Shown here one piece after another: positions 1-9,079 of a stretch of DNA of 64,000 nucleotides. Within the stretch, counting starts at the first letter, position 1; each line of letters starts with the position of its first letter. The position numbers and the translations under genes were made by a program. This stretch comes from Tetramitus jugosus (lineage: Eukaryota; Protista; Heterolobosea): positions 1 to 64,000 of the forward strand of contig OW569353.1 in assembly GCA_937625935.1 (NCBI GenBank). Reading direction: 5' to 3'. The notes beneath the pieces were generated by a model. The model saw only the letters and a program-made list of their open reading frames with translations, was not told where the DNA came from and made no database searches.

Positions 1-782
1 CCAAACCCAAACCCAAACCCAAACCCAAACCCAAACCCAAACCCAAACCCAAACCCAAACCCAAACCCAAACCCAAACCCAAACCCAAACCCAAACCCAA
101 ACCCAAACCCAAACCCAAACCCAAACCCAAACCCAAACCCAAACCCAAACCCAAACCCAAACCCAAACCCAAACCCAAACCCAAACCCAAACCCAAACCC
201 AAACCCAAACCCAAACCCAAACCCAAACCCAAACCCAAACCCAAACCCAAACCCAAACCCAAACCCAAACCCAAACCCAAACCCAAACCCAAACCCAAAC
301 CCAAACCCAAACCCAAACCCAAACCCAAACCCAAACCCAAACCCAAACCCAAACCCAAACCCAAACCCAAACCCAAACCCAAACCCAAACCCAAACCCAA
401 ACCCAAACCCAAACCCAAACCCAAACCCAAACCCAAACCCAAACCCAAACCCAAACCCAAACCCAAACCCAAACCCAAACCCAAACCCAAACCCAAACCC
501 AAACCCAAACCCAAACCCAAACCCAAACCCAAACCCAAACCCAAACCCAAACCCAAACCCAAACCCAAACCCAAACCCAAACCCAAACCCAAACCCAAAC
601 CCAAACCCAAACCCAAACCCAAACCCAAACCCAAACCCAAACCCAAACCCAAACCCAAACCCAAACCCAAACCCAAACCCAAACCCAAACCCAAACCCAA
701 ACCCAAACCCAAACCCAAACCCAAACCCAAACCCAAACCCAAACCCAAACCCAAACCCAAACCCAAACCCAAACCCAAACCC
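1..782 (+). repeat. Telomere, (CCCAAA)n, about 130 copies; G-strand TTTGGG
   Basis: Perfect hexamer array from base 1, C-rich strand 5' as expected at a left chromosome end. Confidence 0.98.
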
Positions 783-784
783 TA

Positions 785-1288
785 GTGTGCATTTAGGCGG
801 AACCAGCTGGTTCCACTGAAAATGTCATATTATAGGCGGAACCAGATAGTTCCACTGACAAAGTCAAGTTTTAGGCGGAACCAGCTGGTTCCTCTGTAAA
901 GTCGAAAATTTAGGCGGAACCAGATAGTTCCTCTGAAAAAAAGCTCTTTTAGGCGGAACCAGCTGGTTCCGCTTGTTTGTCCAAATTTTAGGCGGAACCA
1001 GATAGTTCCTCTGTAAAAAAGCTTTTCTAGGCCGAAATGCCTGGTTCCGCCTATTTTTTCGACACTCATCAGTCAATAGCTCATAGAGATTTGGGTTTTC
1101 TGAGTTCAAAACCCAACTCCATATCACAGTTTGGGTGATAGTTCAGAATCTATAGTGAGTTGTTTCATACAAAGCTTAAGTTGAACATTCCAGACCATAA
1201 AGAATACAAAAACAACGTTTACAAAGTACGGTTGACTGTATTAAGGCATTCTTGGTTTGCCGATATGTGACAACCCAAACCCAAACCC
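785..1288 (+). mobile_element. Telomere-associated module 1 (array + ~230-bp tail + telomeric seed), truncated by the telomere
   Basis: Near-identical to 2098-2599; ends TATGTGACAACCCAAACCCAAACCC. The duplication is seen; mobility is inferred. Confidence 0.6.
794..1053. repeat. 39-bp palindromic tandem array, copy 1 (7 units)
   Basis: TAGGCGGAACCAG(CTG/ATA)GTTCC starts at 794, 833, 872, 911, 950, 989 and (degenerate) 1028; exact 39-bp period; CAGCTG and CAGATA cores alternate. Confidence 0.97.
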
Positions 1289-1735
1289 TACCATGAGAAA
1301 GCTCCACCAGAAAAAGTTCAGTCACTGGAGAAAAGCTCCTCAGTAATTTCAGGTGGAGCCATGACAATTTTTACCTGAGAAAAACAGGTGGAGCCAAAAA
1401 GCTCCACCAGAGAAAAGCTGCCTAAGAGGAGAAAGCTCCACCAATAAAATTAGGCAGAGCCAAAAAGCTCCACCAGAAAAAAGCTCAGTCACAGAAGAAA
1501 AATTCCTCAGTCATTTTAGGTGGAGCTTTTTAGCTCCACTGGAAACCCAACTTGAAACCCAACTGGATACATGTAATTCGCAGTATAGTTCAACAACAAC
1601 AACATATTTTTTATTGATAAGCTTAGTTTGAGGGTTTCAGAGCATGACAAACACGATGTGTACTATTTCATACAACGACGGGTTTGGGTTATACAATATT
1701 GGCTTGCCTTTATGTCACAACCCAAACCCAAACCC
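1289..1735 (+). mobile_element. Telomere-associated module 2 (diverged family member)
   Basis: Tail homologous to module 1 (AAACCCAACT...ATAGTTCA; AAGCTTA.TTGA...TCAGA.CAT; TTGGYTTGCC..TATGTSACAACCCAAACCCAAACCC). Confidence 0.55.
1295..1541. repeat. ~66-bp palindromic array (GGTGGAGC-N6-GCTCCACC)
   Basis: AGGTGGAGC-type units at 1351, 1386, 1452 and 1518; GCTCCAC at 1301, 1401, 1435, 1467 and 1533. Confidence 0.85.
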
Positions 1736-2043
1736 TACCCACCCCACCCTTCTTGTATTTGTGTTTGTACTCCTTCATCCAAGTTGAACCTTCATCAAGG
1801 AGTGTAAGTTCCTTCATCATCCTTTGTTACAAAATATTTCATGTCGTGTCATTAGCCTTCTCCTTGTCCCACGTTTCTGTCCGTAGTCCATCGTCAATTT
1901 CACTGCCGTGAATGTATTCATTAGACTTGTATTCGCCCACAAAGTATTACAATCAAGTCATGAAGGAGTTCAATCTTGTCGTTCAACCGATCTATCACAC
2001 AGCATCTTCCTTCAGAAGTTAGAAACTCCCTGACCTCAGTCCC

Positions 2044-2599
2044 AAGTTCCTCTGTCGATATCCTCTTAGGCGGAACCATCTAGTTCCTCTTAGAGATGTG
2101 TGCATTTAGGCGGAACCAGCTGGTTCCACTGACAAAGTCATTATAGGCGGAACCAGATAGTTCCTCTGACAAAGTAAAGTGTTAGGCGGAACCAGCTGGT
2201 TCCTCTGTAAAGTTGAAAATTTAGGCGGAACCAGATAGTTCCTCTGAAAAAAAGCTTTTTTAGGCGGAACCAGCTGGTTCCGCTTGTGAGTCCAAATTTT
2301 AGGCGGAACCAGATAGTTCCTCTGTAAAAAAGCTTTTCTAGGCCGAAATGCCTGGTTCCGCCTATTTTTTCGACACTCATCAGTCAATAGCTCATAGAGA
2401 TTTGGGTTTTCTGAGTTCAAAACCCAACTCCATATCACAGTTTGGGGGATAGTTCAGAATCTATAGTGAGTTTTTCTATACAAAGATTAAGTTGAACATT
2501 TCAGACCATAACGAATACAAAAACAACTTTTACAACGTACGGTTGACTGTATTCAGCCAGTCTTGGTTTGCCGATATGTGACAACCCAAACCCAAACCC
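2044..2599 (+). mobile_element. Telomere-associated module 3 (longer copy of module 1)
   Basis: Direct duplicate of 785-1288 ending in the same telomeric seed; true 5' boundary uncertain. Confidence 0.6.
2066..2364. repeat. 39-bp palindromic tandem array, copy 2 (8 units)
   Basis: Units at 2066, 2107, 2144, 2183, 2222, 2261, 2300 and 2339; same unit order as copy 1 plus one extra unit at the 5' side. Confidence 0.97.
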
Positions 2600-3053
2600 A
2601 CCATCTTGTCCTGCGAAAGGCACTCAAAATGTGAAGTAGCAATCTGATTTTTACAGAGTCGCAACAACAACAGTTGCAACAGATGAAGCACACCCGATTG
2701 TTTTATCTGTCCTATGAATCTCAATCAGAGCCATTGCATCTCCGTTCAATTCGAACTCATGATCATAAGAATGGTTGTATCAATAAAAAAAATCACAAAT
2801 TACAGACCATTTGTTCGATTCATTGATTTGATTGATTCGTTTGTTTTTCATTGTTTTTATGCGATGTTTTTGTCAAACCCGGCTGGAACCCGGATTGCTT
2901 GTTCTGAAACTACATGTGTGTTTCACATTGTGGAAGATTCTTAAATTCTTCAAATGGAATGAAGAAAAAGATAGTAATCATCTGATACCGGAGTGCAGAA
3001 GAAGTGTGGTATAATAAGGGCTGTTGCTTACGTAACAACCCAAACCCAAACCC
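2600..3053 (+). mobile_element. Telomere-associated module 4 (no array)
   Basis: Ends AAGGGCTGTTGCTTACGTAACAACCCAAACCCAAACCC; AACCC doublet at 2876. Confidence 0.45.
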
Positions 3054-3789
3054 TCGCCATGACCATATGACCATTGCTGGCCCTCCTCATGACCCTTGCT
3101 AACTCTCGTCTTGACCTTATGACCATTGCTAAGACCTTCAAGTTAGCTCTACTATGTTCCTATGTTCATCCTTTTTGCATGGCGAGGGTACCTGGCCTCG
3201 TTCATTGTTCTTTGTCTCTAATTGCTTCAGCGATGACAGTAACACGTACGGAACAATGAAGGAGGACACTCTACATACGTTCCAAGTAATAATCTCTCTT
3301 CGTGTTGGATATCGCCTTGTTGACAACACTTTCTTTTCTTCGTGCGTCAAAAAAATGAAAAAGCGGCCTGTGTAATCGTGATTACACAAACAGTCATTTA
3401 TTCATCTGAATTTTTTTATGAAAAAAATTCGACAAAGTCCAAGATACGGCTCATTTGTAGGCCTTCATTGTCTTTTTGAATGTGTAGATCACTTTCCAAG
3501 TAGAACCACTGTCGACGCCCTATTGCAGGTCTGAGTATTGTGGGGGGATTACTGGCTTGACGAAAGGTCTGGCAGTTCGTTCCAGATAGTAATTTTCTTG
3601 ACTCAAAGAAGTCTGCTACCTTCACAAGACCCAAAATCTTTGTGATCCGATATTCTTCACACTTGGTGCGTTGTTACCTGCTGTAAAACTTTTAGCGCCT
3701 GCCTGTCAATTGTCAACTTTCAAAAAAAACTTTTTTTGAAAAAAAAACAACTCACATTTTGTTCCACACAAACATCTCCAACAAGGCTC

Positions 3790-5160
3790 ATGATTCCACT
3801 TGCTTCCCTTGGTGAAGATTGGGACAATATCCAAGATTTGAATATTAGATTTGTTGTGCAGAAAGTACTACTTCCTCATCAGTTGGTTAACTCAGAGGCA
3901 ATGAGAGGTTGTATAGGCATTAAGTCAGCTCACGATAATGCAAAATTGTTGAAAACCTTGTGTGATGATGATAATTCTGCATTACGACCAAAACTCAAGG
4001 AACTAATTTCTGAGTTGGGAGACAAAGTTAAGCAAGCTGAAGATGAAGTACATAACAATAACCAACAAAGTATTAACGAGCAAGCGGAACGCTCTAACTA
4101 TGAAAATTCGGACTACAACCTGGACAATTATAATAGTGATGGAGATGACAATAGAGAAGAAGAGCATGATGGAAATTATTCATTGTATAACTCAGATAGA
4201 TCATCTGATGATAGCAATATTGGTGGTGCAGATGGGTATTCGTGTGATGATAATGATCTTGATGGTCCCGACCAATATGATACGATGAACCCAGGCCAGG
4301 AGGAAGCGCATTTTGAGGAGATGGATGAAGTTTTACAAGAAAGAATGGAAGAATATTCTACTCATAACGACATTATAAATCTCGCTGAAGATTTGGAGGA
4401 ACTTCCTGTATATGCAATATACAATCGGGTAAATGCTATTGTTGAGAAACAAAAGAAATTCGATAAGGCAATGCAACTACAAAAGAGTAATGATCGTGAA
4501 GTTCTTCATTTTGTTGAGGATTCTGATTTACTCTGTAAGCTGTTGGATATGAACTTGGAACTAGAGACAGAGGAGAAAAGAAAAAAAACAGAGAAGAAAA
4601 GAAAAGAAACATTGAGGGCACTTTATCTATCAGCTACAGAGACTTGTACAGAACGGCTGACTCAGCAACCTGGTGCAAACATGGAAGATGTTCTATGCTC
4701 TTTACGACCTATTTACAGCCTTGTTGCTAACTTGTCTGTTGCATTTACTCTATACATTTATACTATTACAGAATGTGATAAAAAAACCTCCTTTTGGGAT
4801 GAAAAAATTGTTTACATTGGAATGACCACTGACATGTGGTTCAGACATAAAGGTGGTCATGTTGCTTCATCCAAGCTGCTCGACCCACAATATGCCAATT
4901 ATCATAAGAAGGTCTATTTATGTACCTGTTGTGTTGGTAATGTACCTGCAGAGTGGCTTAAATTCTCAGACGCAGAAGCGTTCGTTCTAATTGGTGAACA
5001 ATTCTTAATTAATTATTATCAACCAGAGTTGAATATTGAAGGTAAGAAGCAACCTGTTCTCAACAAGCGAGCCAAGGAGTTATACTCCAAAGTTTCAGCA
5101 GTTCATCTCAGCAGCGCTGATCGCATCAAAACTGTTGAACCTCCAGCCAGAGGTGCATAA
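3790..5160 (+). CDS. GIY-YIG endonuclease domain protein (acidic/coiled-coil N-terminus, C-terminal nuclease)
   Basis: LYIY...VYIGMTTDMWFRHKGGH...EQFLINYYQPELN gives the YIG, Arg, His, Glu and Asn motifs of GIY-YIG; intact intronless ORF; first ATG at 3790. Confidence 0.8.
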   Translation: MIPLASLGEDWDNIQDLNIRFVVQKVLLPHQLVNSEAMRGCIGIKSAHDNAKLLKTLCDDDNSALRPKLKELISELGDKVKQAEDEVHNNNQQSINEQAERSNYENSDYNLDNYNSDGDDNREEEHDGNYSLYNSDRSSDDSNIGGADGYSCDDNDLDGPDQYDTMNPGQEEAHFEEMDEVLQERMEEYSTHNDIINLAEDLEELPVYAIYNRVNAIVEKQKKFDKAMQLQKSNDREVLHFVEDSDLLCKLLDMNLELETEEKRKKTEKKRKETLRALYLSATETCTERLTQQPGANMEDVLCSLRPIYSLVANLSVAFTLYIYTITECDKKTSFWDEKIVYIGMTTDMWFRHKGGHVASSKLLDPQYANYHKKVYLCTCCVGNVPAEWLKFSDAEAFVLIGEQFLINYYQPELNIEGKKQPVLNKRAKELYSKVSAVHLSSADRIKTVEPPARGA

Positions 5161-5503
5161 TTCCTGAGTCCATTGGTACTTCGGAAAGAGATTCTTAGTA
5201 TAGTTGGTGTTGAGAGTTTTGTGGTGTGGTTTTTTCTGCTCCTCTGAACCCTGACAAGTTCACCTGAGTCGTATAAAAGAGTTCTCTCGGTCGAGGTTTT
5301 TCTTTGTCGCGAATTGCTGCTTCAGAGGATGGATCATTGAATAAATATTGTTAACCGTATGATAGATTGCACTTCATTGACTTTTTACTGTTGGTGATAG
5401 CAACGGAACAATGTACAGACCAAGTACAGTCGCACTGTTTCTGTCGTAATTTTGTGTTTTAGGGGCTGTTTTAAAAGGTGCGACTCACACAACTGTGTCT
5501 CAT

Positions 5504-6271
5504 TCATTTGATCTGGACGTATGCCTTTACCGTCTTTTTGAACGTGTCGAGATCGTAGATCGCTTTCCAAGCATAACCACTCCTGAGCAGTCGGCGCCCT
5601 ACTTCGAGTTGTTCGGGAGTAGGTTTGTTTGGATGTATTTTGAACTCGATGAATAGAGCACCAAACCGTTTGTTCTTCTTCAGAATGACGTAATCAGGGT
5701 AGCCTTTGAGTCTACCATTGCGCCTAGCCTTTTCTGTGCATGCCGCAATACCAATTCCAGCAATGTCAGCATTAACCACAATTCCAGGATAGGCTTTGCA
5801 CATGTGCGCATGAGCGTCGGACTGAAGCTGGTCCTCTTTGCCCATTTTCTTGGGATTGATACCTTTTATCTTCTTCTTTACTGGTTTCGACCCGTACATA
5901 AGTATGTGATTCAAGTCTTTCTCTTTCAGTTCAGACACAACCCTCTTTCTACTAACTGAAAAAGGGGACACAGCATCCTTGCGCATCCGGGTCATTTTCG
6001 CAGGCTTCTGTATGCCATTTTTCGGTTCCCTCTTCTTTGGATCCGGCTTCTTGGTTTCTCTGGTTTTGACTTTCGCGGTAATCTTGGATACCACTTCAGA
6101 CGATTTCCTAACTGCTTTCCTGGATGGAGACTGTGTTTCATTGACTTCTGTCACCATCTTGCGTTTTACCTCTATGATCTTCTCTGGCTTCTTGATACCA
6201 TTCTTAGGTGGTGTTTTGGCCGGTTTGGCTTTTGGTGTGGGCTTCTTCTCTGTTTTGACCGTTGTAATCAT
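5504..6271 (-). CDS. VRR-NUC family PD-(D/E)XK nuclease with Lys-rich N-terminus
   Basis: KEDQLQ...KGYPDYVIL...LFIEFK..NKPTPEQ...L...GY is the stand-alone VRR-NUC pattern. Confidence 0.85.
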   Translation of the reverse strand: MITTVKTEKKPTPKAKPAKTPPKNGIKKPEKIIEVKRKMVTEVNETQSPSRKAVRKSSEVVSKITAKVKTRETKKPDPKKREPKNGIQKPAKMTRMRKDAVSPFSVSRKRVVSELKEKDLNHILMYGSKPVKKKIKGINPKKMGKEDQLQSDAHAHMCKAYPGIVVNADIAGIGIAACTEKARRNGRLKGYPDYVILKKNKRFGALFIEFKIHPNKPTPEQLEVGRRLLRSGYAWKAIYDLDTFKKTVKAYVQIK

Positions 6272-6336
6272 GTTGTGTTTCTATTCCAGCTTCGAAGTGA
6301 ATATGTTGATTAGTAAGTGTTGTGTAACATTTGTGT

Positions 6337-6678
6337 TTATTCTCTGATTATGTGGTTGAGACATTCAGCATACTGGCGAATCTGTATGCATGACCGATCT
6401 AGTTCGGGTCTGAATGATATCAAGCCGTAGCGTGTCCGCTCTCCAGTTGTCTTAATTTCGAAGATACAGACCCATTTCAAAAATATCGCATTGGACTTGA
6501 GTGCCAACGCATACACTTTAACGTGTTGCGTCTCATGGACATGCTGGAGGACTTCAGCCTTCTCTGGTTCACCAGGTACTTTGGATGCGAAGAAGATGTT
6601 TCCATTGGGGTACATAGCCATACGGACTGATGTCTGTGCGAATGCATCAAGGTCCCATTTCCTGTTGCTCTGGTTCAT
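6337..6678 (-). CDS. Hypothetical protein (ORFan)
   Basis: ATG overlaps an upstream stop (ATGA, 6675-6678); co-oriented with neighbours; no recognised motif. Confidence 0.45.
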   Translation of the reverse strand: MNQSNRKWDLDAFAQTSVRMAMYPNGNIFFASKVPGEPEKAEVLQHVHETQHVKVYALALKSNAIFLKWVCIFEIKTTGERTRYGLISFRPELDRSCIQIRQYAECLNHIIRE

Positions 6679-8798
6679 TTGGGTGGTTTTGTTTCTGGGC
6701 TCTGTGAACAGAATTCTTGTTTAAATAATTCCCGGACGTCGGGCTTGAGCATGTTCAGTGTAGATTATCTAGGATGCGCTTGGGCTCATACACAACAGCT
6801 TCTGTTGCATGTGTTAGTTCGTGCGCAATCTGAAACCCTAACAGAGCAAATTGGCTGGTTCTGTCGTACAGCGTGCTGAACATGGGTGTGCGTAGGATGC
6901 CGGGTGGAATGGTGACTGAGTGACTTTCTGGTTGGTACCACGCATTGGTGCTGGTTGACTCATCGTATGTAATGTCAGTAGAAACAGTTCGGCCGTTTAA
7001 CATCAATCCACCATCAGAGTCTAGCCACGACGGCCGGAAACGCATGTACACTCTGTCAGTGATTGCTGTTACAATGTTGAGTCCAAAATTAACGGATGAT
7101 ACATCCATGTTGTTCTCTGCCTCAAGTAACAGTTGGGGACCGTTTTCACCGTATGTATCTGTTGTCAACTTGCCAAGAGAACACTCGCCGACCGACACAC
7201 GAAGGCTGTCGAGTTGGGTCAAGAGTTTGTCACGAGTATGTTTGTTTGTTGAGCACCATAGATCGATTTTCACCTTTGTCATTGATGAGAGATTTTCGCG
7301 TACCTCCCAGAAGAATCATATCTCTGTACGTGTGACGAATCTCGTTGGCGATGTATGTTGCTTGTTTCTGACGTTCTGATGATTCAGCATCCATCTCTAC
7401 GAACGCATTGCAGTATGACAGAGGAAAAGTGTGTTGTACGGTGCGAGCACACATATCAACTAACGATCCAGGTTCTTGTGCAATTCGGGCGGTTGCCTGT
7501 TGTACGAGCTGTGCACTCTGGATGAAAATAGAGTCTGACGTTGTGTGTTTATCTATCACGAGTGGAGAGACACCTCCGTGAGACATCACACTACTGCTTA
7601 TATCTGGTACAGCACGCAAAACATGTTCGTACATACACACCATGAGGTACGACTTCCACGTACTCACTTCCATGTGTGCGAGGGCTCGGTCCAAATTGAG
7701 CATATGTTGATTGGAAGCCACGAAAACATTATCAATGTTCGTGGATGTCAACTTTGGGCGGACTCCTGCCTCTGGAAACATCAAGCTTTCTGGAGCAGAG
7801 AGTTGGTTTCTTCCATTTCCGTCCACATAGTTCACCTTGTCAAGACTGTGCAGAAAATGGCGCACTTCATAGGCGTCACAGAGCATGTTAATGATGTCGA
7901 CCATGTGGTTTTGATTTTCAATGCCTATATGGAAGGCATATGATGCAATAAAGGTGGATATATCGCTGTGAGATGGTCTTCCAGGTCTAATGACCAGAGT
8001 GGTGTCAGACGTCTCGTTCCTGTACTCAAAAGAGTGCATCTCTACTCCTATGCCTCTGTACGCCATGTGAAACAATGTGTCAACAACACCCTGTTTATCC
8101 TTCACCAAATTGATCATTCTCTCTATTCCTGTCACAAAGTCGAGCAGAGGTTTCCAACGAATGACTTCTGCGAGATGTAGCCGCCACTTTTTGTGAAATT
8201 GGGACGCACTGCGTAGTGTTGTGATTTGTGTGCCTGGTGATGCTGATAGAGCTTTGTAGTGCGTCACACATGACGTGAGCAGCTTGTGCATGTTATTGTG
8301 AGTATTGTACTTGGCGGTATTTTCTGCGATTGGCTTAGAGCTACTGAACTTGGTGATACGACCGCTCTCCAGAAACGAGTGGAGGCGCGAGATATCATGT
8401 GCATTCTCGCTCATTGTTGTCACTATGAAGCGATTGAATGGTTGCTTCCATCCGCTGCACGCATGCTCGTAAAAGCTGCTGCAAGGATTGATTTTCTTGT
8501 CCAAGAGGGTTTCACTGGCTGTGCTTGGGTAGAAGAACCGATGAGTGCTCTCCGGGTGGTTGTCGTCTTGTTCTTGTTCGACTTCCCTGATCAGCCCATC
8601 AATTAGAGGCATGCGTTGTGTGGTTAGCTTGTTCCATTTCACAGTTTGAGAAGCACGTGGGAGATCTTTGTGTCGTAGTACAAGATCCCAGACAAAGAAT
8701 AGGACTGATAGAAGCAAAAAAGTCCCACCAGACGCAAGCAGAGCGAACGCCACGATGGTACTTGTTCTTGCACAAGCATAAAAACGCACAGAGACCAT
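6675..8798 (-). pseudogene. M13 (neprilysin/ECE) zinc metallopeptidase, frameshifted
   Basis: N-terminal TM anchor; INPCSSFYEHACSGW; NAWYQPESHSVTIPPGILRTPMF; IAHELTH. Split over ORFs 7230-8798 and 6755-7282; downstream ENxAD motif not seen. Confidence 0.85.
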
Positions 8799-9079
8799 GA
8801 TTCTCGGTTAGTAACTATCTAGTTGTGTTTCCTATTTACAAAGTGGTTCTTGAATGTTAAACGCAACGCAATATGGATTCCCTATTTAACGTCGTCCTCT
8901 GGTTCCCCGGTGTTTCCGTAAAAGTTGTCATAGTTGATGTCCGTGTTCTTGCGTCGTCTTGGTGACTCTTCCTCCGGAGCAGAAAATACCATATTTGTTA
9001 TAATAGAGATCCTGTAGTTCCAGATTATTAGGACCTCGTCATATTACTCCTAGTTTGTTGATATTCAACAACAAACAAA

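Noticed and set aside
794-1053. CRISPR array
   Set aside because: Linkers are only ~14 bp, resemble each other (AAAG(T/C) core) and recur in the same order in copy 2; no cas genes; eukaryotic subtelomere.
1050-1075. Hammerhead ribozyme core CTGATGA-GTGTC-GAAA on the minus strand (also near 2365-2385)
   Set aside because: The core matches a minimal hammerhead, but I could not build stems I and III with a valid NUH site, and it is absent from modules 2, 4 and 5. An Infernal/RNAbob search would settle it.
830-1127. ORFs with 13-aa repeats (RGTIWFRL / RNQLVPPK), also 2106-2438
   Set aside because: A by-product of the 39-bp period; open in two frames; a 2-bp indel distinguishes the copies. The likeness to FFYRGTW in the 16.5-kb ORF is coincidental.
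1740-2040. Possible coding remnant on the minus strand
   Set aside because: Multiple stops and no recognisable family.
5979-6347. Hydrophobic 122-aa ORF on the + strand
   Set aside because: Antisense shadow of the Lys-rich VRR-NUC gene.
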